A stretch of 64,000 nt of DNA, taken from assembly GCF_021028975.2 (NCBI RefSeq), contig NC_059435.1:78244001-78308000 (forward strand), in the 5' to 3' direction. Source of the stretch: Sphaerodactylus townsendi (taxonomy: Eukaryota). Positions 36,333 through 46,761 of this stretch are shown here, piece by piece (position 1 is the stretch's first letter; every line of letters starts with the position of its first letter). The position numbers and the translations under genes were made by a program. The notes under the pieces are model-generated. The model did not search any database. It saw only the letters and a program-made list of their open reading frames with translations, and had not been told where the DNA came from.

Positions 36333-37168
36333 CTGGGGAGAAAGAGGGCTGCCAGTTAGTTAGGGCTCGGCTCGCCAGCCACTGAGTCACTGGGTTCACC
36401 AGGCCAGATTAGGAGCAAGGGAGGGAGCAACTTGTAATATAGCAACCTCTCAAAAACCAGCTTCTTGTATATAATTTCAGTTTTATCCTTTGGCAGAAAA
36501 ACTTCTTTATTTCTTGTAGATAAAAACTTTTGATTCTTTGTTTAAACTTTACAAGCCTCTGGTGCCAGTTTTCTTTTCCTGACAGAAAGGAAAATATTAT
36601 TTTGGTGTACCTACAGAGCTGCTAATCTTCCTGTCTGTGAAGTGCCCCAGTTGAGACAACCAAAGGTTATTCTTACTGTTTAATATAATTTCTAAAAGTG
36701 GGAAAATGCAAAGTGTACACACAAACCCTAAATCGCCACAGCAACGTTATTGCACTGCATATTGACAAACAAAAAGGGTGGCTCAGTCAAAGTATAACTG
36801 ACTGTTAGAATTTTGGAGGGAAAGATCTCTTCTGGGCATGAGTCAGTGGGAAGGCTTAAGGGCACCAACAACCCTCCCTCTCGGCACACCCCCTCATGGG
36901 GCTGGATCCAGGCTGCATGTTTGACCACCCTGCTATAGAGCTTGCCCTCTGGTGCTGCCATTTTCTTCAGGGGACCTGATGCTCTGTAGTCTGGAGATCA
37001 ATTGTAATTCTGGGAGAACTCCAGGCACCACCTGGAGGTTGGGGAACCCCAGTCATCTATCTTTGGCCTTGGCTGCACAACCATCTTCTCTCTCTTTTGC
37101 AACATGTTGGTGGCTTCCGTTCTCATGAAAGAAAGACATAATTCCCCCTCCCCCTTGTCACAATCTAC

Positions 37169-37339
37169 CTTTTGGGGGCATGTAGGAGCAGCTGTAGCAG
37201 AGGCTGGAGGAGGTATTCTTCCAGCTGTGCCCTCCCAGTCGGCTGCAGCACTCATCTATGCTGACCAACGAGACGTTCTGCATCCTTGGCATGTCCTGGC
37301 ATTGCCAGGTGGAAAAGCAATGACCCCTCAGGCCCATTC
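37169..37339 (-). CDS. SSPO: SSPO coding exon 4
   Basis: GMGLRGHCFSTWQCQD...DECCSRLGGHSWKNTSSSLCYSCSY; translated by hand; AG/GT, 171 nt. Confidence 0.9.
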
Positions 37340-38096
37340 CTGGAAGGCGGGGGGGGGGGAGAGGGGGAAGGCAGGACCAAAAGAAAAATCAGAAACTTGA
37401 AAAACACCCTCATGACAGAAGTTTCAGACCCCATCAGGAAGGCTATGATTCACTTCACAAATCTGTGTCAACTCCCTCCCAAAGTAGCATGGGTTTTCTG
37501 TGGGGCTCCCAACACAATTGACATCTGCCAATCAAGGGGAATTTTGTATTTAATTAACAGGTAACAATGGAAATTGAGCTCTTCTTTGGCACCAGGGTAT
37601 TGAAAGGAAACCTGAAATTAATGCATAGGGTAAAACAGATAGAATTAGTTACTCTCTCTTTTTGAAATATTTTCTCCCTTGGGTTTTTGCTGCTGTTCTA
37701 TTCCTGTCCTACTAGTGTTTGATGAAGTATAGATCCCCTCTTTGTAGCTGTCATCATGCATATTGAAACCCCCAAAGTTCTCTTTGCCTTCTACAGCTTG
37801 CTTTGGAAATCACTTGACACCCATGTGAAATACATTTCCTGTTCCATCTAAATAGCTCAAAAGCACTCAAATTACATGCACACACACAAAAAAGAAAACG
37901 ACAATGCAAATCAAACTTTGCTTTCAAATTTGATCCAGGGAGGGGCAGGGAGGAGTGACCACTGGTCTGACATTGGTCACGGAGTGGGATGTCACAGCCC
38001 ACCTCACCCCTGGGATGCACAGCTCCACGTTCAGTACCAGAAACTGCAAGCAGCGGCTCCATAGTCCAGTCTTTGATAGCCCCTTCCCCACTTTAC

Positions 38097-38179
38097 CTTC
38101 TGAGCAATGGGGTCCACTCCAGCCGTCACAGCAAGCACGCACCGTGCGGTTCCACACCAGGGGTCTCGTGTGCTCTGGC
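38097..38179 (-). CDS. SSPO: SSPO coding exon 3
   Basis: [27 protein letters not shown]; AG/GT, phase 2 to 1. Confidence 0.93.
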
Positions 38180-38985
38180 CTGCAGCAGGGAAGGGACAAG
38201 ATGCAGTCAGAGTAGGGTTGCCAGGTAGGGTTGGGGGAAACCTGGAGATTTGGGGGGTGGGGCCTAGGGAGGGAGGGGACCTCAGCCGTGTGTAACGCCA
38301 CAGAGGCAGCCCTCCAAAGCAGCCATTTTCTTCAGGGAAACTGGCTTGGTCTTCTGGAAATCAATTGTCATAGCAGGAGATCTCCAGGAGCCATCTGGAG
38401 GTTGAGAACTTCAAGACAGGGCCGTGTGGGGGACAGGAGCCTTCTCTCTGAGGAAAAGAAAGCACTGCTCACTCTGCATGATCATGTCTTTTTGGCGGTC
38501 CCAAAAGAGGTGGGTTTTCAATTTGTTGGCTGTGTTGTAGAAATGCTTACAATATTGGTCCGGTAATTAAGACTGGGAACAAGATTGCCAGGGTCAGTTC
38601 CCTGTCACACTTCCATGTTTAGCAATATAAATCTCGTAATCCTGGCCTGTCTGCTTGAGTGTGGAGCTAAAGACATTTCCCACTCCCCTCAAATTATCTT
38701 ATACTTTCTGGGCCTGCTTTAACCCCACAGATCTCACATAGGGCTTACATGCATATCAGGTGCAAAAGGACCGAAGCCTATTAAACCGAATGCCACAAAA
38801 CATATTTTAACCTTTGGTTTCCCACGAGATTTGGGCTGCTTTGCTGCAGCAAAACAAAATGGTTGGCTGTACCTCAAGAAACTTCCCCTGAGAGCAGAAG
38901 TCTCTCCCTCTGCCCGTTCCAGCAGGTTCTTGCAGCCTGCGGCCCTGGCCATGCCAGCCCTCTCTGTTCTCCCACTCTCTCCTAG

Positions 38986-39514
38986 TGTAACCCCTGTGTA
39001 AGAATGGGATGACCCAGAAAGGGGTGGAGTCTGAAAAGAAGCAGAATGCTGCAGAACTCATGAGGTTGGAAGAAGCAAGGCTACCAGGCTGGGACCTTGA
39101 TTGATTTTATTAAGCCCTTAACACCTTGTTTAAGGTAACTGCAATGTTGTTGGGAACTAGTGGGAAGGGAGTTTATTTTTTTGCTATATTGTAAATGTTA
39201 GAATTTATTGTTTCAGGGTTTTTGTGTATGTAAATGGTGAGAGTTTTCTGGGAACCTTCATCATCTTGAATCCCGTTCACCAAGCCTCTGAAGTCTTCAA
39301 AACCAACCACCAGCAAAGAAGAATTGGACTTGGCAATATCAGTAGACTGTAAATATAAGGACTCGAAAATGCAAACTTAGCAGGACTGTAAAGTGTAAAT
39401 GTTAAATGTTTTAAAAGTGTTATTTGTTAAGAGAAGTAAACTGTTTTGTTTAAATTTAGTTCTTTGCAACTCCTTCCAAGTACTGCCCCACAGAACCCAC
39501 ACAAAGAGGTTACA
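38986..39514 (+). mobile_element. Solo LTR (529 bp)
   Basis: TGTAACC...GGTTACA termini, exact 4-bp TSD CTAG, AGTAAA near the 3' end. Confidence 0.78.
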
Positions 39515-39520
39515 CTAGCA

Positions 39521-39666
39521 CAGTGGTGGCGAACCTTTGGCACTCCAGATGTAATGGACTTCAATTCCCATCAGCCCTTGCCAGCATAGCCAATTGGCCA
39601 TGGTGGCAGGGGCTGATGGGAATTGTAGTCCATAACATCTGGAGTGCCAAAGGTTCGCCACCACGG
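39521..39666. mobile_element. Palindromic hAT MITE
   Basis: Exact TSD CACTAGCA. Confidence 0.88.
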
Positions 39667-39707
39667 CACTAGCACCTGCTCCCACTCCCCTCTGCAAACA
39701 TACTCAC

Positions 39708-39920
39708 TTGTAGATGTAGCACAGAGCCGTGCTGGATCCTGCCTGGGAATGGTGGTGGGTGAGGCTTTCCTCTCTCCCATAGACTTGGTGCATCCTTCCT
39801 TGGTCCAGATGCCAGCCCGCCATGTTGTACTGGTAGACGTCGGAGCAGGGCACCACCTCCTCACGTCGCGGGTCGACCACTTCCTCCTCTGTCACCTGGA
39901 CTATCCTCTCACACCATCGC
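39708..39920 (-). CDS. SSPO: SSPO coding exon 2 (EMI-like)
   Basis: RWCERIVQVTEEEVVDPRREEVVPC...LCYIYK; ctgcag acceptor, gtgag donor. Confidence 0.93.
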
Positions 39921-40611
39921 CTGCAGCCAGCAAGAGGGCACCGCTTTAGGACAAGACGTAGGCTATTGCCTGACTGCCGCCTCCACCCTTGAGGTCTATT
40001 CACCTCTGCTGTCGTGAACCAGCAATCCAGAACCAGGCAAGAGCGGGTCAGACTGGTCCACTTGGCCTTCAATAGCCACCAATCAGGTACCTCCGGGAGG
40101 CAGGGCAAGTAAGGGAGACTCACCTTCACCTGCCAACTGGTGCAGGGTTTGTTCCCTGCTGAACGTATCTTTATGCTTTGGAAATACATAAATTATTTAT
40201 GTAAGTCCATTTGCTCCTCATGACTAAACTCCTCCATAGGACCTAATGACACATTTTGTTTCTCCTGAGTCTTCACTGGGCCCCACTGATCAGATGTGTT
40301 CTTTCTTGGAGGCCATGCTCACAATCCAGTTCGCAAGTGCACAAGGGCTAATTCAGATTGGGGCTGTGGGGCGTAGGAAGAGGGGCTTGAGCTTCGCTCT
40401 GTCTTCCCCACTCCCCTTTTCCCAGACCTGAAACAGCCCCCATGCGAGGGTGTTAATTTGCCATGCTGGGGAAACCAATGTGCTGGCAAAAAGCTCCACT
40501 GGAGATGTTTAAGATCAGTAAAATGCTCTGGGGCCAAAGCTCAACCCCTGTGTGCTGTGCCCATTGGCCTTGATCTAAATGGGCTTCCGTGTTCCTGAGA
40601 ATGGAGTGAAA

Positions 40612-41015
40612 AACATAAGAAGAGGACCATACTAGATCAGACCAGGCAGTGGTCTATACAGTCCAACATCCCCTCTCACACAGTGGCCAACCAATTCCTC
40701 TGGAGGAGCCAACATCAGGGCACAGAGGCCAAAGTATTCCACTTGCCTCCTGGCTCTGGGATTCAGAGGTTGACTGCCCCTGAATGTGGAGGTTCCTTTT
40801 AGTCCCCATGGCTAGGAGGTGCAGACATGAATGTGTCCTAATTCCCTTTCAAAGCTGGCTGTGGCTGTGACTACATCCTCCGGCAGCGGCTGATTCCACA
40901 CTTCAATCCCTGGCTGTGTAAAGAAGTGTTTCCTTTGGTCCATCCTGAATCCCTGGCCCATCAGCTGCTTTGGATGCCCTCAAGGTGTAGAATTTTGGGA
41001 CAGGGAGAAAAAGTT
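40612..41015 (-). mobile_element. Older CR1 3' fragment
   Basis: AACATAAGA tail, CAGTGGCCAACCA, AAGAAGTGTTTCCTTT. Confidence 0.6.
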
Positions 41016-41225
41016 TCGAGCACTGAAATTTCATGGCTTAGCTCACCAGGACCCAGAGAGGACATGAGCAAACTGTAATGTGGACAGTGAGCCTCTCAGG
41101 TGAACTGTTGCTGTGTGATATACCCACAGGTCTCGTGAAGCAAGAAGGGGTGATCTGTGAGCCCCAAGTGGTGCTCACTGGCTGGGAACACGGGACAGAA
41201 TGAAGAATAGAGAGGGCATCCTTAC

Positions 41226-41323
41226 CCACTGGCCAGTTCCAGCATCTCCCAGAGTGAGATCCATACCAAAATGCCCAGCAGCTCCTTGGGTCCTGGCCCT
41301 CTTGGATGTACGGCTCTCCCCAT
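41226..41323 (-). CDS. SSPO: SSPO coding exon 1 (signal peptide)
   Basis: MGRAVHPRGPGPKELLGILVWISLWEMLELAS-G; donor GG|gtaag phase 2 matches next exon (G-RWCE); preceded by an acceptor-like tctcttgcag|GAG ATG. Confidence 0.8.
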
Positions 41324-41910
41324 CTCCTGCAAGAGATCACACTTGGACAAGTCAGCCTGGGTCACAAAGATCCAGCTCCAACAGGACCAGAAGCTGACCA
41401 GGAGCCCATACCAAGAACATTGCAAGAGGAATAGTGCACTGTCAAGGCACGGGGGTGGTGGTAGCGAAGAGGGTGCCCAAGCCTCACTGAAACACCAAGA
41501 CTACGTGGCTGAATGTTCTGATCTGCGGTTTCGTCACTTGAAATGAAAATGCATTTATTCCTTGAATGTTTTGCTGCTAAGTCTGGTTTCAAATATTAGT
41601 TTGAAATTGACTGAATATTTTCTATCAGTTTTTTTTTACATCCAGTGATATTTTCTTTCCATATTTGATGGCTGGCAACTTGCCTGATTTTATATTTGGT
41701 TTTCACCAAAATCTAAACAAGATTTAAATCAACTGTGCTATGGATTTTTAGGGTACAATTCCAAGTTCAAAATTCCATGTCCAAATTTTCCATGCAAAAT
41801 GTGTGTGGAGACACCGGCTATGTNNNNNNNNNNNNNNNNNNNNNNNNNNNNNNNNNNNNNNNNNNNNNNNNNNNNNNNNNNNNNNNNNNNNNNNNNNNNN
41901 NNNNNCATGC

Positions 41911-41953
41911 ATGCGAGAATCTGAGCAGAGGACGTGGTTTCCCTGCTTCTGGG
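41911..41953 (+). CDS. ZNF467: Possible first coding exon of ZNF467 (MRES...)
   Basis: ATG CGA GAA just after an N gap; weak phase-1 donor G|gtggtc. Human ZNF467 starts MRET (recalled). Low-quality context. Confidence 0.25.
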
Positions 41954-42039
41954 GTGGTCTGTCCTCTGCCCCCCGGCCTGGAATGAACTATCTTGGGGGG
42001 GGGGTCATCCATCCAGGTGTTCCTTGTTCTGTTTTGCAG

Positions 42040-42153
42040 GATCCCCCACTGCCAGACCTGAGATTGTCGCCCAGGTTGAGGAAGGCGGCCCCCCCCCAGT
42101 CAAAGCTCAGAGGGGAGCAGAGCCCAGAGCCCCTCCTGGGGGCAGCCATGCAG
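42040..42153 (+). CDS. ZNF467: ZNF467 exon, degenerate KRAB-B-like
   Basis: ttttgcag acceptor, CAG|gtcag donor, 114 nt, phase 1-1; GSPTARPEIVAQVEEGGPPPV. Confidence 0.65.
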
Positions 42154-42718
42154 GTCAGCGGAGTGCCCCCCCCACACACACACACAGGGTCCGGATTGTG
42201 TGGCCAGAAGGAGGCTGGTGGACTGGCCAGTGTGAGAGATGCAGGGAGCTGTGTGGGGGGAGGCAGAGAAGGAGCCCTGGAGAGTTGTGCCCCAGTGGAC
42301 TCTGTGGCGTGAGGGGAGATCCTGAGGCAAACTGCAGAGGTGGGGGGGGGCTGTTGGGCTGGAACGTGTGCGAGGGGTCTGGCAGAAGGCACGCGTGGAG
42401 CTACAGTTTGAAGTACACGTGAACACACGTGACGCTGCCTTCTGCCGATGGTGGGGATTGAACCTGGGAGTTCCTCTGCCTCCCTTGTGGCCATTGGAGG
42501 AGTACCTGAGGGAGCTGCCCTCCATCTTCTGAGGAGGCTGGCCTAGCGGGCATCAGCCTGGCCAATCCTCCATCTGAGTGGGCAAGAGCTGCGTCAGCTC
42601 GGCCCTGCGTCTGAGGCATCAGCTCTAGTCGTTCTCCCCTCTGGTCTGAAATGGCAGGCAAAGCGTTCTTCTTTTCTCTCCCCCCCCCCGCCCCCCAATC
42701 CTTTCCCTGGTCCAGCAG

Positions 42719-42823
42719 GAATGGTCACTCAGGACAGCCAGGGCACCGTGAGGAGCGAGCAGCACCCTGGGGGACCGCCGAGAGGGGCAGGAGAGGCAAC
42801 AGGCCCTGAGAGAAGTTGCCCAG
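42719..42823 (+). CDS. ZNF467: ZNF467 linker exon
   Basis: Polypyrimidine tract plus NAGNAG acceptor (42716 or 42719), CAG|gtaag donor, 105 nt, phase 1-1; ends SCPG, like human TCPG before EEWMIR (recalled). Confidence 0.72.
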
Positions 42824-43429
42824 GTAAGGGCCTCCTCACCCTGCTCACCTGCCGGACAGGAGCAGCCTGACAGAGTGGCAGGCATTGGGGAGCACGACCC
42901 CCGCAGGGGAGGTCCCGCCTTCTCCCCCCTCCGAGGGGCCTCCTGGCTCCCCAGCTGGTCCAGCTTTTCCTGAGCAGACTTTTGGAACCTGTGGGCAGCT
43001 TTGGGGTTTTGGCACAGGGAGGGGGGCACGGCCACCGTGGGAGGTGGAGCCACACGCAGATCCAGAGGGAGCCACACGAGTGCAGGGGGCGGGCGGAGCA
43101 GTTTAAAAAGAGGCAAGAGGGAGAGCAGACAGACAGACAGGTCACCTCCCAAGACGACATGTCAGTGTAATCTGCACAGCCAATCGGATCGCCAGCAGCC
43201 AAGCTGAAGCCCCGCCCGGCCTTACCCACTTTCCAAAACAGCTTGGTGGGCACCATGGCTTCCACGGGCACCGTGCCAGGGACCCTTAGGGGAAGTTGGG
43301 GGGCCAAGAGCACTTCATTCTCCTGCTGCCGGAGCCCGCAGGAGGCCTCCAGTGACCCCTTGTAGGAGCCTTTGCCCTGCTGTTGCCTCATCACAATGCT
43401 CTGCCCCCCCCTTCCTGCTGTGTCTAGTC

Positions 43430-43545
43430 CAGAGGTCTGCAACCTGCGGCTCTCCAGATGTTCATGGACTACAAATCCCACCAGCCCCTTCCAGCATGGC
43501 CAATTGGCCATGCTGGCGAGCTGATGGTGTGATCCATGGACATCG
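43430..43545. mobile_element. Palindromic hAT MITE, decayed right arm
   Basis: Same core as the other copies; lies in a ZNF467 intron. Confidence 0.7.
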
Positions 43546-43632
43546 GGCTGCGCAAACCGAACAGTCTGAATCCATCCCTGCCTTGCCTGACCTCCCACTT
43601 TTTCTCTCTCTTTCTCTCCCGGATCCCGACAG

Positions 43633-45551
43633 GCGAGTGGCTGATCCGGACAGTGAAGGTGGAAGCCGAGGACTACTCGGAGTGGCCGGCCGGGCTAAGC
43701 GCAGAGGTGCTGTTCTCGGGGTTGCCCGTTGCGGGTGTCTGCAAGTCCGAGAGCCTCGGCGTCGGGGAGGAGTACAGCGCCAGCGGAGCCCTGGGCGAGC
43801 TCTCCGGCTTGGCGCTGCAGCAGTGGCAGATGCTGAATGAGGAGAAGCCGCTGGGCTGCCCCCGGTGCGAGCACCCTGGAGCCCCGCTGGACGGCACCCA
43901 GGGAGACCCTCGGCCGCGCCCCTTTGCTTGCTCCCAGTGTGGCAAGGCCTTTGGGAAGAAGGCCCACCTGACGCGGCACGCCCGGGTGCACACCGGAGAG
44001 CGGCCCTTTGCCTGCACTCACTGTGGCCGCCGCTTCTCCCAGAAGATCCACCTGGGGTCTCACGAGCGCGTGCACACGGGGGAGCGCCCCTTCCCTTGCG
44101 ACCGCTGCCCCAAGACCTTCCGCAAGAAGACCCACCTGGTGCGCCACCAGCTGACCCACACGGGGGAGCGCCCCCACCCGTGCCCACTCTGCTCCCGCAG
44201 CTTTGTCCATCGCCGGCACCTGTTGCGGCACCAACGACTCCACGAGGATGGGAATGCGGCGTACGAACCGGGGCCGGGGCCAGAGCCCTACAGCCATGAC
44301 CTCCACCCCCAGCAGGATGCAGAACCCCACCGGGAGCCAGCAGATCTTGGGCAGACCACGGCCACTCCCCTGGAACCTGGGCAGACCGCAGCCCCCTGCC
44401 GAGACCCGAGGGACCTGGGGCAGGCACTCCCGCTGTACAGGGAGGAGGCTGACCTGGTGCCGGTGCTCACCTCCTGCCTGGGGCTGCCCCAGCCGTATCT
44501 GGGCCCGGTCCTCTTCAAGGCTCCAGCAGAGCAAGAGCTGGGCAGAGTCCCTTGCATGGACCACCCGAGGCAGAGGGAGGCCCTCACTTCCGGCCTGGCC
44601 TGCCCGGAGCAGGGGCCTTGTGGCGCACTGTGTGGGGTGCAGGGGGTGGCCGAGGGCCGCCCTCTCTGCATGGAGCAGGTGAGCAAGATGGAGCCAGTGG
44701 AGGAGGAGGAGGAGGAGGAGGGTGCCAGCTCCTGCCCGCTGCCTGAAGAGAAGCCGTTTCTGTGCTCCGACTGCGGGAAGGCCTTTGCTTGGAGGAAAAA
44801 TCTGGCTTCCCACCAGCGGCTCCACGCCGAGGGCGGCCGCCCTTTTTCTTGTGCTGAGTGTGGGAGGGGCTTCAGCGATAAGCGCCACCTGACGGCGCAT
44901 TTGCGTGGGCACATGGGGCTTTTGCCCTACGCTTGCCCACATTGCGAAAGAAGCTTTGCGCACCGGGCTGGCTTGGCTGCACACCAGTGTGGTGGCCATG
45001 CCGGGCAGCGACCCTTTGCTTGCAGCGAGTGCGGCCGGTGTTTTGCCCACAAGCGGCACCTGCAGAGACATCGGCGCAACCAGCACTCGGCCGAGCGCCC
45101 GTTCTCCTGCGCTCAGTGCGGCCGTACCTTTAGCACCCGGGCCAGCTTGCTAGCTCACGTCAAGTCTCATGCCGGCCAGCGTCCCTTTGCCTGCCCGCTG
45201 TGCGGCCGGGCGTTCAGCCGGAAGTCCCACCTGGCCCGGCATGAGGCGGTGCACACGGGGCTGCGCCCGCACGCCTGTTCTCAGTGCCCGCGGCGCTTCA
45301 GCTCCAAGACCAATTTGGTGCGTCACCAAGCGGTGCATACTGGCCTGCGCCCGTACATTTGCACCCACTGTGCCCGCAGCTTCAGCCGCAAGACACACCT
45401 CTTGCGCCACGAGCGCACCCACACCAGCGCCCCTGTGGTGGCTGCTGTTCCCGGCTGGCCTTCTCCCTTGCCTCAGAGCGCTCTGCCCCAGCAGCTGCAG
45501 CCGGAGCAGCCCCTGATCTTCCCCGTGGCTTTTGAGCCCGCCTGGCAGTGA
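43633..45551 (+). CDS. ZNF467: ZNF467 terminal exon, 12 C2H2 zinc fingers
   Basis: EWLIRTVKVE, KKAHLTRH, QKIHLGSH, KKTHL, WRKNL, RKSHL, SKTNLVRH and RKTHL motifs match ZNF467; acceptor gacag| at 43632; adjacent to SSPO as in mammals. Confidence 0.93.
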
Positions 45552-46124
45552 CCGAGCGGTCCCCTGTGTGGGCAGCAAGCTGAGACCCAGGACTGTGTGA
45601 ACCAAAATCCAGTCAAAGACGTGCCCCACAGTTCCATGCCAGGAAATATCTGGGGCCTGCCAAAACCAGACATTAAGCAAATGTACATAGATTGGCATGT
45701 TTGACATTTTGATAGCTGTGGCCTTTGTCAAAGTCAGCGTAATGGAACCGGAGGAAACTTCGTATTGTTTAATGGAGGGAAGGCAGCAGCGGCTGCAGAG
45801 CCGGATCCCACCCCCAAGGGGAGGGATTGGAGGCTGAAGCTGTCATTCACTGGGTATTGCTTTCAAAACTGTCTTTGGTGCCAACAGGACTGGAAACTTG
45901 GCTTTCTGAGAACAAAAAATACTAAGAGGATGCTGAGTCTTGAGCCCAGAGTCAGCTGGTGCCCTCACAGAAGGTCACAAACTCTGCACAGACCTGATCA
46001 TATTTACCCGCCAACCATTTCATCTTTTTAAATATAATGGGACATTAAATACAAAATCATTTTAGTAGCATAAGGCAAATGTAAATTACATTTTTTTAAA
46101 AATGCTTTTTCTGACATAAACAAA

Positions 46125-46130
46125 AATAAA
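46125..46130 (+). terminator. Candidate polyadenylation signal of ZNF467
   Basis: AATAAA followed by a T/GT-rich tract, about 570 nt after the stop. Confidence 0.5.
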
Positions 46131-46532
46131 CTAATTAAATTCTGCCCCAAGTCTGTTTTATTTCAGGGTTGTTTTTTTATTCCACTTTTCCCTCAGTGGG
46201 GACCCAAAGCATTTAATACAGTTCTCTTCTCTCCTTTATCGCCACAACAACTCTGCGAGGTAGGTAAGGTAGAGAGTGTATAACTGGTCCAGGGTTATCC
46301 ATTGAGCTTCCATGGCAGAGGGGAGGTTTAAACCTGGGNNNNNNNNNNNNNNNNNNNNNNNNNNNNNNNNNNNNNNNNNNNNNNNNNNNNNNNNNNNNNN
46401 NNNNNNNNNNNNNNNNNNNNNNNNNNNNNNNNNNNNNNNNNNNNNNNNNNNNNNNNNNNNNNNNNNNNNNNNNNNNATGGGCAGGGTAGTCAAGAAAATT
46501 TCTATCACATCTCGAGGAAATCTTGGAGTTGA

Positions 46533-46761
46533 GCATAAGCATAAGCATTTTATTGTCATTGTGCACGCACAACGAAATCTACAGCAGCATTCCTCGATGC
46601 ACACAATTCCAGACTCATACCCCATCCTCACTTTCCCCTTCCTCCACCCATCCCTACACAGCCCCAAACACATCACACGAAGCCGCAGAGTTTAGCATCG
46701 CCACAGCTCTAGAGTAGAAGCTGTCTCTAAGCCTCTTTGTCCTAGTTTCGATAGACCTGTA
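46533..46761 (-). mobile_element. Rex1/Babar LINE 3' end
   Basis: Minus strand encodes YRSIETRTKRLRDSFYSRAVAMLN, followed by TTTCGTTGT..CAATGACAATAAA and an (ATGCTT)n tail. Confidence 0.7.

Larger units (their letters stand above)
665..41326 (-). other. SSPO: SCO-spondin gene, 5' portion (29 coding exons in window; continues beyond position 1)
   Basis: Exons join in frame as signal peptide, EMI-like region, three VWD/C8/TIL modules, then LDLa repeats. Order and motifs match chicken/human SCO-spondin as recalled. Confidence 0.97.

Noticed and set aside
665-41323. SSPO exons as VWF, mucin or otogelin
   Set aside because: The EMI-like N-terminus, LDLa repeats after the third VWD module and ZNF467 adjacency identify SCO-spondin.
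43536-43632. N-terminal extension of the 671-aa ORF (MDIGLRKP...)
   Set aside because: The ATG lies in a MITE remnant and the stretch is the polypyrimidine tract; the exon starts at 43633.
43462-45086. Long minus-strand ORFs (321 and 463 aa)
   Set aside because: Antisense shadows of the GC-rich ZNF467 exon.
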